Shown: one piece after another, positions 37,991 to 51,289 of the stretch
Layout of the letters: each line of letters starts with the position of its first letter
Position numbering within the stretch: the first letter of the stretch is position 1
Assembly: GCF_964194025.1 (NCBI RefSeq)
Contig: NC_134468.1
Location: 34,472,001-34,536,000, forward strand
Reading direction: 5' to 3'
Length of the DNA: 64,000 nt
From: Convolutriloba macropyga
Taxonomy: Eukaryota
Notes under the pieces: model-generated
Database searches by the model: none
Seen by the model: the letters and a program-made list of their open reading frames with translations, nothing else
Told to the model about the DNA's origin: nothing
Made by a program: the position numbers and the translations under genes

Positions 37991-40306
37991 CTCCCCTCTT
38001 TTCCTTTCTTTTCCTCCTCTTCATAGCGCTCCTCAGATGTTGATCTTTTCAAGTCACCTTATCTCCTTTCCAATGGCTTTGAAGTTGCTCTTTGTTCACG
38101 CGCACGATTCTCTTTCTCTCTCCCGCCAACCGACAACAACAACAACATCCGTAAGAACAGATATGAGAGAAATGAGAGAGAAAGAGAGAGAGCGAACAGA
38201 CGTCTTGTGATGTTTCTTTTCTTTCACGTATTTTATGCTCTCTCTGGCTTGTTTGTTTTAACAAACTACACATTGTTGTTATTGTTGTTTGATCACATCC
38301 ATAACTGAACACATCACTCACTTATTCCCATTCCTTCATCATTTCTTCACACACACATTGTCGCCATATGTTTATGCTTTAACAACATATATCATTTATT
38401 AACCACATCCTACAGACTCAAACAGGTCAATCATTCCTCTTAATTTCAACATTTCTCGTCATTCAAATCGTAAGAATTCAAATTTTTAACTTTAATTGTC
38501 AGAATTTTTATTTTTTTTCATAGTTGGGACTAAATGGTGCCAAGCAAAGGCGCTTAGAAAAGAAATTGTCTCAAATCAGAAGCTAAATCAGTTTTCCGTC
38601 AAAAGTTTCTCTTCGTTTGCTTTCTTTTGGAAATAATTAGTGCGACGTAATTACTTTGAAAAATATTGACGAGCTTTCTTAAAATTTGCTCTTTTTGAAA
38701 GACTATATAGGTATAATTACAACAACCTTTATTTTCAGGGATATTTCCTCGTGAATTCGTGGATGAATAAGCGCTTTCTATATTTTTTCCATATATGATA
38801 TCTGACAATAGTTCAGTTAAAATTTTATGTTCATCGAAGTATAAAGATCCAGCATATATATTCCACGGGTAAACTTGCTTAGTTTTAATGCATCACACTC
38901 TCACAATAGCCAAAGCACGGACGAAATTTTGATAGTGCCTAATACATAAATTTCGGTTCTGTACATTTTGAAACAATTTGATGTTACAGCTGATTTACAG
39001 CTGCACCGGACCGATTAATGCAGAGATTATTGCAGAGAAACCAGAAAAACTTAATTGCGTGAATTTGTCCTACTAATTTTAATGAAATGACCTTGAAACA
39101 TACATTTAATTTAATTGCAGACTATTTTTTGCAACATTGAAGTGAAACATTAAAGAGCAGTTTTTGACAATGTTTTTTTTTCATTTCTACCATGTTACCG
39201 AAAACTATTGCATCACCTTACAAATACGTTTTATTTTCAATATAAAATTACACTCTTTTATGTCATTAAGACGACGCATTCGAAACAAAACAACGCCATT
39301 TTATAATCCAATGCCATTTTATAATCCAAGTGAAAAAACGTTGACCGAGAGAACACCTCAAAACAAAAAACAAATTAATGTAATGATTTGGAAAAATCTA
39401 GATTGCAAACTTCAGGCATCACCGAATGAAGGTGGTATTCTTTATTCTGAAATAGACAGAAAAATGTGGTAAGAGAATAACAAGATAATGAATGCTTTCC
39501 TAAAAAATATTATTTTCAGAAGAAAAGATCACAATTCAATTGTAACAATTGTCTTTTTTACACTAACCAAAGCTACTTTATTTCCAAATTTAGAACACCA
39601 AGGCATTCAAAACTAAATTAATCGAATTTAAGTCCCATGATTTTTGCTGCGGACATCATTTTTTAGTTATAAGTAAACTTTCTAACCTTTGCGATGCTCA
39701 TTTATCCCGTTGCTATATTGGTGAAGCTGGAAAAAAATTTGGACTTGATTTTTGTTTAAAGCATTTTCAACGAATTCTTGGAGCTACGATATTTTGTTTA
39801 AAATAAGTTAAAAGAGTGCTTTTGAAGTGCTATTCTTGACAACGTCTTCCAGCAAAAAAAATTATAATACAAATGAGAGACTAAAAAGATAATCGTAATC
39901 ATTAAAAAAAACATTTTTTTTGTTTCACCTTTGAATGAAACTGCAATATGTATTGTCAAATATGGAGAAATATATCATATTTTTGTGTTGTTTTAACATT
40001 CGAAACGCAGTTCCAAACGGCAGAATTTATTAACTAAAATTTGAATTTTTTTATGATTAAAGATTTTTTTTGGAACTTACTGTTGAAACGTAGAAAATCA
40101 ATTGGCCTGAATCTCAACTTCGACCACAATTAAGTGCTATTTTGGAATATTGCATTGCAAGAAACTTTTAGAAAAGAACCCATCAAACTTATAAATAAAA
40201 AGCACCTGTTTGCCGTTGCCTACAAAAATAATTGATTTTTTTTGTGTTTAAGAACTAATTATTGAATTATAAATTAAAGTTATGGTTGTGTCTGTTTTTT
40301 TTGTTG

Positions 40307-40528
40307 NNNNNNNNNNNNNNNNNNNNNNNNNNNNNNNNNNNNNNNNNNNNNNNNNNNNNNNNNNNNNNNNNNNNNNNNNNNNNNNNNNNNNNNNNNNNNN
40401 NNNNNNNNNNNNNNNNNNNNNNNNNNNNNNNNNNNNNNNNNNNNNNNNNNNNNNNNNNNNNNNNNNNNNNNNNNNNNNNNNNNNNNNNNNNNNNNNNNNN
40501 NNNNNNNNNNNNNNNNNNNNNNNNNNNN
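40307..40528. other. Assembly gap (222 N)
   Basis: Run of n. Confidence 1.
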
Positions 40529-43500
40529 TGAAACAAACTTCTTTATTTTGTTCGATATTGTTCTTTTAATATTGAAGTAAAACATGAAATTGCTGTTTTC
40601 TATCGCAGCTTGTTGAATTTTTCCAAATTTATAAAAACCTTGTGGCACCTTCCAAACATTTTTTCTTCAATGAAATTCATAATATTTGATACAAAAAACA
40701 ATTTTATTTTTTTTTTCTATTTCCAACTTTCTAAGCATGAGTGATAATTTCATTGCAGAATTATGGCCAATTAGGATGAATGATGGTTAAAAAAATTTTC
40801 CAGTTAACGGTTTTCTGTTCTTGAAGTTTTTGTAATTTTTGTATTCATTTTTGATTCATCATTGATGAAGCCTCAGATTGCATTAACATTCTAAATCAAA
40901 CTATCCCGAATCAGAAGCGTATTTTTTATCTTTTTTCTGAAGACAGAACAGTAGTGTATTAACGGTTTGAAGTCTTCAACAATTTAAATTGAAAAAAGAG
41001 AAAAAAATAAAGAGCCGAAAATCTTTGTGTTTAGATAGCCTTGTGGTCAGTTGAAGGTACACTTGACTAGTTTTAACTTAAACAAGCATGTATTCTCTGC
41101 TGGCTTTCTAATCAAAACATCTGGACTACCTAAGTAAGAGAAACAGTCAATTAATTCGTTGTAAAATTGTTTGTTCGTGTTTTGTTAATTGCTTTCATAT
41201 TGGTCGGTGTGCCATTTCTTCAAACTTGAGTAAACTTTGCCGGTAATTTTTACTTAGATGAAAAATAGTTGTAAAAAGAAAACAACTTAACCATGAGACG
41301 TTCTTGAGCGCTCGCTCGCTTTAATGATTAGCTTAGATCGCATAATTTAGAGTTCTCTGCTAAGTTAGGTGAGCGGATCTTAAGAGCTTTTGTTCTCTGC
41401 TTCATTTCTTGCCTTCAAAAGCTCTGCTTTCATACCAGATTTATAGGTGACTTAATTTCTTACTCCCACAACTCAAAGCGCCGACAGATCCAATAGCTCA
41501 TGTACCGCACATATCTTTATATTCTCATTTTATTCATTATTCTACTATTGCCTGTAAAGCACAGAAATGCCATAATTTCAAAAATTGCGTATATTGAGAA
41601 CAAGACAGAGTTGAGCAATTAAAAATTTACAGCCTTGTTTATAAAATTGTAAACAAAATATGTATTAAATCATCCGAGATTCGGCTTGAAAATCCTTTAG
41701 GCTAAAGAAACATCAAAGTTGGGTGATATTGGCAGAATGATTCAGAGCCGTTCTTTGATGCGACAATCTTGTCATAAATGTCTCTAAGTCGATTTGAAGC
41801 TAGATTCGCATCGCGATCTCATTATTGATACGTATTTAGCACCATTCAGCCGAATTTGCAGATTGAGGTCATGCGGCCTACATTTGAATGTGGGGTATAA
41901 TTTAGGAAGTGTTCGGTGGGCAATCGTCTAATTGAGCACACTTTGTTATTGTCTGTAATCGTGTTGTCAGTCTAGCAGTCTAGTGTCGTTTAATTATCAA
42001 AGTGTTGCTTATATATAATTTTTGAAAATCAAAGGACACAATAAAATTTTTATGGCATTGTATAGCCATGTCGGTTTATGTGATTCGGGAACACTTCAAA
42101 GCCTCGCTTTTCTGTGTCATTCGGTCTTCAATCGAACGCTTTTCTCTATTTGAAATTAGGTTTATCTTTCATTCTCTCTTTCTTTACTACTTCTACTACT
42201 ACTACTACTTCTCTTACTTTACTACTACTGTTCGCTACTTCTACTTTCTAACCTACAGACGACCACTAACAAACTTACTAACTAGCTCTATCACTCACAA
42301 GAGAGAGAGAGAGAGAGGGAGACCTCAAATTCTACTTACTTAGTCTTCTAACACCACTCAGCCAAACAACACACACACCACTTCTTAGCGATACTTAGAA
42401 GTCTGTTCTCTTTACTTTTCTCTCTTCTTTCTTGGGGTATCGTTGCCCCGTCAACTCAAAGCGATAGGCCCGCAATCTATTCCAAAACATTGAAACCCCT
42501 GACGACCAACAAAGCCCAACAAGCGTGCTTATTTAGTCCCGGTACCTGTTATGGTTATTACAAAATGGTAACAAATAAAATCAACTTAAAACACCTTGTC
42601 CACTTTCCCCCGTTTACCCCCTTTGTACCCTCTTTTTGTACTGTTTCACTTAATCATCAAAATTACCTGACCAATAAAAAGCCCGTCTCATTTCCCTCTC
42701 TCTTTTCCCAGTTTTGCATAATTTTTTCAGCAAAACCGGGAAAATCTTGTCGACTTAGCAAGTTTGGCTTAGATTTGAGTTCACACTTGAGTGTGAGTCA
42801 AGGTTTAGCGGTCTAGCAGCAAATAAATTTGGCCTTATTTTCACTATGATGTTTGGGGGATTGTTAGGAGGGTGAAAATAAAGATAGTGTAATTAGAAGT
42901 TTTGGCTCAGCCGGCACTGCTAGTTGGTTGGTCCCTTGCTTGCCACCTTGATTTGTCGGCGTTTTATGGTCACAATTACACTTCTTAGAACTTTTCACAA
43001 TAGCAACAATCGACTAGACTTGAAACAAAACCACCACCACCACCACCACCGACATTGAGAGAGTGAGAGCGAACTAGTAGAAAGATAGAGAAGGCAACTT
43101 TCTCTCTATCGTGGTAACTCTAGCAAGATCACGTAGCTACTAACAGTTTATAGAATGGTGCTGGAGCTATGAGCTGAGGGAGTAATGGTGGTGTTGCTAG
43201 TGGTGGTGGTGGTGGTGGTGGTGAAATTGGCTTAGGTAGCAAGTAGTAGGGTTTCGGAAATAGAGAATAATGTTTAGCTATAGGCTCTCTTTCTTGCTGT
43301 CTCTCTCGCTTTCAATCTATCTTTGTGTAATAGTAAATGAAATATCTCTCACTCACCGCCGGTGCGATCAAAACGCCCTTTGGCTTTCATTTAGATTTCT
43401 TTAAAGTCTGCCGCCGCCTGCTAGAGCTCCTAAACTTTGTGCAGCATTACGATTCGATACTTATTAAATCAACTTTCACTCTCTAACCGTTAGTTTGTTA

Positions 43501-46500
43501 GTTAGTTATAAGTTGGTTATAACTGGATTTGGGAATCAGTTGCACATTTTGAAAGTGATCGAGGCTGCCAATCCGCCACAAATCCCCCTCATTAGCACCC
43601 GCTCTTCATTTTGCCCATATTCTCCCTGTCCCTTCTCTATTCTACCCCGTTCAGCCCAGTCCAAAATATTTCCTCATTAGTTCACTCCCCGATCCATTTC
43701 AGCGCGAGCAAACCTCAAAATCCCCAATCAAAACAAATAAACAAATCGCTCATCTTTCTGGCTCCTTTACCTAACACGAGTGCCTTGTCTGTAACATTTC
43801 ATGACAAAATTAAATTTTCTGACTGGTTAGTGATCTTACCTTTTAATTAATTTCCTTTTGTTACAAATACTGCTTTTTTCCGTAATTTTATTTCAAATAC
43901 CATTTCTGATTTTTGCCTCTAATTAAGAACATTCGGAATTTCGAAGTATTGGTCAGATTTTCAATGTTTCAGGTTTATGCATTTAAGGCCTATTTTGTAC
44001 GCAACCAGTGCTATTTAATTTATTATCTTTAAATGTTCCCTTTTTTCTGATAAGTTCTTTCATTCCCAACATTTTAGTCAATTTCAACTGATTCAAACAA
44101 AAATCACTTGGCTCAATTTTTTGCAGAAGAGTGAAGGTGCAATATTTCAATGCTATGCAAATTACTGTCGACCTTTTTCAACGCCCAAAACCACCACAGT
44201 CCCTCGTCTGATTTTTTTTGAAATTGACAGCCCCTCATCTATTTCTGATTTGCATTTTTTCATTCCGAATGGTAAAAAGCAACACTCTATCTGCTCTGGT
44301 TCATTTTATTGTTTCCAAGAACACAATAATAGAAAATGTCCCATTTTCCGAGAATCATTAAGTAAAGTGAAAAGAAAGCAATCCATTACGAAACACGAAA
44401 CAACTCAAAGTATCCTTAGGACATAGGCTAGAAACTGCTGCTTCTCCCTTCGATTTCCGGCTTCATTTTGGGCTATAGTTCTTGGCTGGCATCTTTTTTT
44501 TAATATTAGTATGTAAATAATTTTGTAAGAATTTTGGCATTGAAATATGGAATTGATACTAAGATTTTTTCAAATAGATTTCGTTGATTCGGAAAATAAA
44601 ATTTTCAACAAAGAAATCGAAAAGCCACCTGCTTCCTTTTTTGGTTTTTTTTGGATTGTTTACCCTTATAGTCATCAGTGGATCATAGGCATTGGCGTTA
44701 GTTTTCTACAAAATTTAAAACCTGGATGTTACCACAGCTGATGGCCAGCAGTCCAGTGCATATTCTTCTCGTCAATAATTAGTAACCAAAACAAATAATT
44801 TTTATATTCCGGGTCTAATACCAAAGTTTTTGGATACAGATACATAATGGGCTGTGATTTTTTTAAATTTTAATTGTGAAGGTTAATTGTGAAGGTTAAT
44901 TTTAAAGGTGAAGCTTGTTTTTTTTCTTACAGCTTCATTTTTCAACATTTTGATAATCAAATCTGTAAAAGCAATGTAATTTTGCATAAACTGTTGTGGG
45001 AGGAAAACAATTTTAAGTATTTTGTGTGCCAGTTAAATAATCCGAACAAAAATGTACTTATTATCGTATACAACATCCAATTTTATTTTCAAATAAAGCA
45101 GTTAATCGCAGGTCTAGTGTATTTATCTTCCTTGCTTTCTCAGCGCCCTCTCTTCCGCTTTCTAACTTTTCCACATTTGAACAATCACTGTTATTTAATC
45201 GATCTTGATCTTTTCATGGGTACTATCTCCCCATTTTTTTTGTCAGAGTGAAAAAATGTTCTTTGCAAAATTTGTACGCTCTTGTGATAATGGAAGTTTA
45301 AGGGAATGGAGGAAGATTCAACGCTTAGTCAAGAAAAACATGTAGGCCTATATCTAATATCTTTGCCTGCATTTTTTCGATCTCTCCCTTGTAACCGACC
45401 TTAGGGAAGCCTTTAATTGGAAATCTTAATTTGTGTAAAAATCTAAAAGGAGGTATTTTTGAAATGTGAAAATTGATAACGAGAACAAAATCTATTATTC
45501 AGAAATTTTTTTCTTTGGATCAAATGGACACGAGTTTTATTTTTGTTACTATATAGCTTTTCTCAATTTATTTCGAAACAACGCATTTCTAAAATCTAAT
45601 GTTCAATTGACTGACCAAGAAGACATTTTCCATTTTTAACTTTTAACATTTCAACAGTATGATAAAAACATTTATCCCTGTTTTTTTTTAAATTTTTATC
45701 CCTTGTGAGTTTTCACTAAGTTTTCTTTCACTCTTATGAACAGGTCAGTTATTCGTAACAGTTCTCTGTATATTTTGATTTTTCTTTTCACAATTTTGAA
45801 ACAGATTACATGTTCTTCAGATATTCAAGGTATAAACATTAGCAACTACCGCGGTACGTTTTTTATTGGTTTTTGTCATATTGATCTCTAGTTGCACTTA
45901 TCTGCATATCAAAGGTCAGTAACACTCTCGCCTTCAAAGTTTTAGCAATGTTATTTCTTCCCAATCGTAAGCATTAATTTTGTTATTTCCGTGAAAAGCA
46001 CGGTCGTGATTGGTGCCTTCCGTTGCCGTCTGTTCCAAGAAATACAATTGGATAATTAAAACTTGGATTAAATTTTGTATATATTTTATGTACAACTGTA
46101 CTTGACTAATAGTTTGGCACTTTCCAGGTTTAAAGGGTATGCGTTCAAACAAAGAAGATCGTGTTTTGTTATTTCATTGCATCAAGAAGCATAACTTGTT
46201 CCAAAATCTGAACGGCGCGCAATCTCAACCTCTTTTTTGGACTAAGAGCCTGACCTAGCCAACAATTTATCTTTCATTACTACTCTTAATTATTACTCAA
46301 AAATGTCGGATAAATTTTGGCCTTTTTGTGTCGTAGACTACTTTTCCCAGCACAAAGCTGGCAATAGGGCCACCTGAAACAGATAAGGGGCGAAATTGAT
46401 TCACCGGTCCGGCATTTTGTCTCTCAAGCTACTTTTTATTTGTTCCAACCCAGTTTTCGTGGCGTTGGTTTTGTGTCACTAAAAGAGAATAATAACCCTT

Positions 46501-48022
46501 TTGGCTCCTTTGATCACTTTACTTTTCTCATATCATTTATTTCTGAAGCGGGGCTCGGTCTGGACCTAACGCCGGTCCATTTAATTTCGAAGCCATCAAC
46601 ATATCTTTGACGTTTTACCAATTGCGGATGCCATTTCATATTTCTTTACTTCAGAGACCAGCAACTAATTTATTCTCATCGTGAATATTGGCGCTGACAT
46701 TTTATGCGCCTTTTATCATTAAATCGCCCACAAGTATTTGTTAAATAGATTGTGATAATCACGTAGTACAAAAGGATCAAAGGTATTTTTCCATTGTCAT
46801 ACCTTTAAATTATTGAGTAATTGAGTTCAAGTTTGTTAATTTATAGACCGTAATTTTCGAGTTTTAAAACCAATTTGAAAGGCTGTGAAACGTGAAATTT
46901 TCACGTGTGTTAAACTTATTCTTGTTCATTCGTGAACCATTTAGAAACTCTTCACGCTTTATTGTGAAAATATTCATGTTTGTAGTTTATCGCTGCTTCA
47001 CAATTGTAAATATCATTTCACACTTTTTATCTTGAGAATGGTTCACACGGGCAATTAATTAACTCCAACCCAGTAGCTCTAAATCATGATGAATTAGAGT
47101 CGTGAATGTTGATTTGATCTCAAGCATAGCACCCTGTAATTTCGAGTTGTTACACTACAAAAATTGTGATAACAACCGACTTTTCAGGGCTTCTTGCTTT
47201 GATCTCGAACTTCAAATGAGCGACTAAACAAATTAACAATTTTGCACAGATGCTATGATCATATTTTTGTGAAAGCTCTTTAAAGTTGAATGTCGCTGCT
47301 TTAAAGTATCGCGGCCTCCTCTGAAGATAGTGTTGACAATCAATCTATCAATATACAGCCATGTATGTACTAATCAGTTTTATTTCAGGTAGCACAAAGT
47401 CGACACAATGAAACAAATGATATTTTGAACCTGATGATTGCAAGCTGCGTTTTGTCTTATAGACTATGACCGCATCAGGAGCTAATGAGAGGTTGCTTAA
47501 ACTCGTGTAACTTGAACAAATGTTGACTTAGGTGCTATATTTCGAGACAAGTTGTCGCCTATGAACTATGACATTTAGCACTAATATTGTGATGTCAAAC
47601 AGGCACGGTAACGTCTACTTCATGAAAGAAGCGGATGATCCTAGAAATAAGTTCAGTCCCCTTTTTGGGCTATATACAATACTTACTATGATTTACTCGA
47701 GTTAATAAATAGCTGCAGTTTTTCGATGAGAAAGGATTTTCTTCTCGAGTGCCTACCCCCTCTCGCAAATTTATCAAATTTTGCACGGCCATAAAATTAA
47801 AACTTCAGTCACCTTAATTGGTCACTACCTGTTGCTTTATTACGGTAGCTTTCCAAAGCATTCGAATTTGTAGTGATAGGCAAAAACAACATGAAATGGT
47901 AAATGTAGGCTCTCCCTTAAATTGACACTTAGAGGAAAACAAGGAGGTTCGGTAATGTGCGTTTGCACATAATGTTCTGAACCCGTTTATCCACATTTTT
48001 GGCTCAATTGTCTACCAAATGA

Positions 48023-48026
<4 letters not shown>

Positions 48027-48060
<34 letters not shown>

Positions 48061-48064
48061 GAGA
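48027..48064. repeat. (GA)n microsatellite
   Basis: Direct reading. Confidence 0.97.
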
Positions 48065-51000
48065 AAAGCTTTCAAATAGACAAATATTGTTCAAAAATAA
48101 TTGATGTAGAAAAAAATGGCTTACAACTCAATCCACTGTGTAAAGTAAATAAAGCCGCATTAGAGAGCCGATGATACCTGCCCTTACTAAGACAACGAGA
48201 GAAGACAAACAACAAAAACAATTAACAACAAGAAAAGTTATGTACATCCAAAACTCAATGTACTTTTTTTAAGAAAACTTAAATTCAAACAAAAGTCAAT
48301 GTAAAGCTAAAATAAAAAAAACAATTAATAAAAGAAAAAAAATTTTGAGACTCGCTATCAAGTAGACAAAAAATAACAAAAAAAGCCAAAGTTAAAAAAT
48401 ACGTTTATGATTTTTGAAAATAAATAAATTCGAATAATGAGAACCATTAGATATCAACTGAAATCTTTAAATAGGTTCGTGTTCAATCATCACTCAATAT
48501 AAAGTCATTGAGAGCTGTCATTATACAAAATTGGATTTAGATTTACAAAAGCAAACAACAAATACAGACGGAAAACGAAAATTCGATTAAAATTTGCGAG
48601 AAAAAGTTGTCGAACCCGTTAAAACTATTATCTGTTCCGTATGAAATAAGATATAATCAATTGCGCTTTTTTCAACACCAATGGTGTCATATGTATCCTC
48701 TGAATAATGAGACTAGCTAATAACTAGACAGAAAATCGAACAAAGACGGCAATTTCTTTTAAAAAATATTGTTTTCGAAAAAAATGAATTTCCGAGTTAT
48801 GTTGACCGAAATTAATAATTGTAATCATTTATTGCTCCAAAAAAGCAATTGAGATTTTTAATTATTCAGAATATGTCATAGGTCTTCAAAAAGAGCGACA
48901 AAAACAGACAAAAAAATTGAAAAAAAAATCGCGAAAAACAAGTGCCGAAGCCGTTAAATCAATAACAATCTTTTAACATCAATCATGGGATGGATATACA
49001 ACATGTAATTAATGTGACTAGGCAACAGGTAGACAAAAATGCAGCAAATGTCAAAAGTGAAAAAAAATGCATCTGTATTTTTTTAAAAACACTTGATTTC
49101 AAAGTCACGGAAAAATTTATGTTTTATCTAAAGTCAGTAAAAATTGTTTTTTTTTGTTCTTTCAACCAGAAATTTTCATAAGAATACAAAAAGTACGTCA
49201 AAAAAAGATAAAACAAAAAAGTTCAATTTAATTATGCTAGGAGACAATATCGAAGCCTTTTAAACCATAATCCATCTACTGAAATACTTGCTATATTCAA
49301 TTATACCTTCTTTCTACACCCCAATAACGTGGCATCTGGCGTCACAAAAATGTGACAGGACAGAGAACCTCAAAGATGGCAAAAAGTTCAAAATTTTTAA
49401 TGAGAACTTGTAGTATTAAAGCCGAAAATTGAAAACGCCATTACTTAAAACGCAAAGACGGCAACAGACGTTAAATTTTAATTTATAAGAAAGTCAATGT
49501 TACCTGTATTTGCTGACTTTAAGCTGCAAGTTGACTGAAAAATGAGAAAAAAGTTTTAAATCTCAAGAATCCATTGTTTGTTTTGAAAACAAACAAACTT
49601 AAAAATCAAAAAGACCAAAAGCTTTCGACTAAACAAAATAGAAACTCTTTAGGAAATGAAGTGGAACCGTCACTAATACGCCTCGATTTGAATTGTTATG
49701 TTCTGTATTTAACATCAAAAAAGCCAAAAAAAACGAAAACAAACTTTGAAAAACACAGCGACTGGTTACAATCCAAAATATTTCTGGACTGTGAAAAAAG
49801 ACAATCAGACCAAAATTAGCCCTGCTATTGCGCTGAACGAAAAGTAGCACTTCCGAATATTCAGGATGGGGATAAGTTGACAAAAGTTATTTTATCAAAA
49901 AAATAAATGATGCATTTTGGAGAATTCTCGAGATAAATTATCAAAACACCGGCAAAAATTTAATTCAAAAACAATCTCAAAGGAAGCGCAAATAAACCTA
50001 GCCCTCTAAGGAGTTTACTGAGATTGTGTCAGCAGTTTAAAGGTTTTAATTCATCAAATTCAAGCAAAGTGGATTAAAAAAGTTTAATTTGTGCCATTTT
50101 TGATAAAAGAAAACCTGAGTTTTGAAAAATCTATCAAATCTTTTAGCCAAAAGTTGGATAAAGCAGTTCAAGAACACTCTTTTATTTTCAAAAGTAAAAT
50201 CAGCAACACTATCGTTAACATTTTTAACGCAATTTTGAGCAAAATCGGAAAAAAAATGCGTAAAAATAACGGAAAATGTGAACACATAACGAAAATCAGT
50301 CAAATGTTCACTCAACTTTAAACCTCAAATACTCCGTCGAAAAAACAAATTTCAAAAAAATCGTTTTATTTCTATATTCTACGCTGGATGAGCTTTCTAA
50401 TGATACCCAATCACGACTCTTGGCGATGAATATATCGATCGGCCAAATTTGACTAAAAAACCCATTTGAGTATATAGTTCCTCACCCCACTAAAATGGGT
50501 CGGAACAATAAATTTCGATTTAGTTCATTGTTAAAAATGGACATTAATTAGAAAATCTATTAGCTGACATGTGTTATTCTAGTTTTTACTCTAGGTAGAA
50601 AAAGTATCGAATCGGGTCCATTGAAACTAGAAGATCAATTCGTTCGTTTTAAAGCTGTAAAGAAGAGGCAGAGGAAATGAGTGGACGACTCCACTGAGAG
50701 ATCTCCAGAATAGACCTTACCATCCGCTATTTTTGCCAGATCCAACTGTATAACTACCTTGAAACACTCGGGTGGAAGTTTTAAATCGCCTGATTTCTGC
50801 AGTGCCAATTCCTTAAAACAAGATTTTCCGACTTACAATGCCTGATTTTAAACTTGGATCTGCGTGTTTCACGTATAGGTTACCTTACTCTGATGAAGTT
50901 GTTTGGAAGTTGTTACCTTATTCTGATGAAGTTGTTTGAAGTTGTTTGGAAAGCGTAGTGACCTAAGCTTGTTCGAAACACAAACTTGCAAGTTTGGGAA

Positions 51001-51289
51001 ACTGGGACTGCATATAAGAAACTATGGCATTGTAGAATCTGGCACTGAAGAGAGCTGGCATTTAAAAATTTCACGTGCATGTTTCAAGCAACGTCACGGA
51101 AATCCTGCTAAAGCTACTTCAAAATTCTGGCTCTCATCTCGAACCGCTACGCGGTTCTCAATTTAAATCACTTTCACTGGATGACCTCACTAAAATCTTG
51201 TAGCCTATGCAAATTGGTCTATTACAAGTCAATGAAAACAAATTAAACCAAGGAAGATACCATGCAGACATTTTTTGTTCATAACAAAC

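Noticed and set aside
40262-40648. ORFs spanning N run
   Set aside because: Assembly gap artefacts.
49990-50600. Possible MITE remnant
   Set aside because: No matching TIR pair or TSD could be identified.
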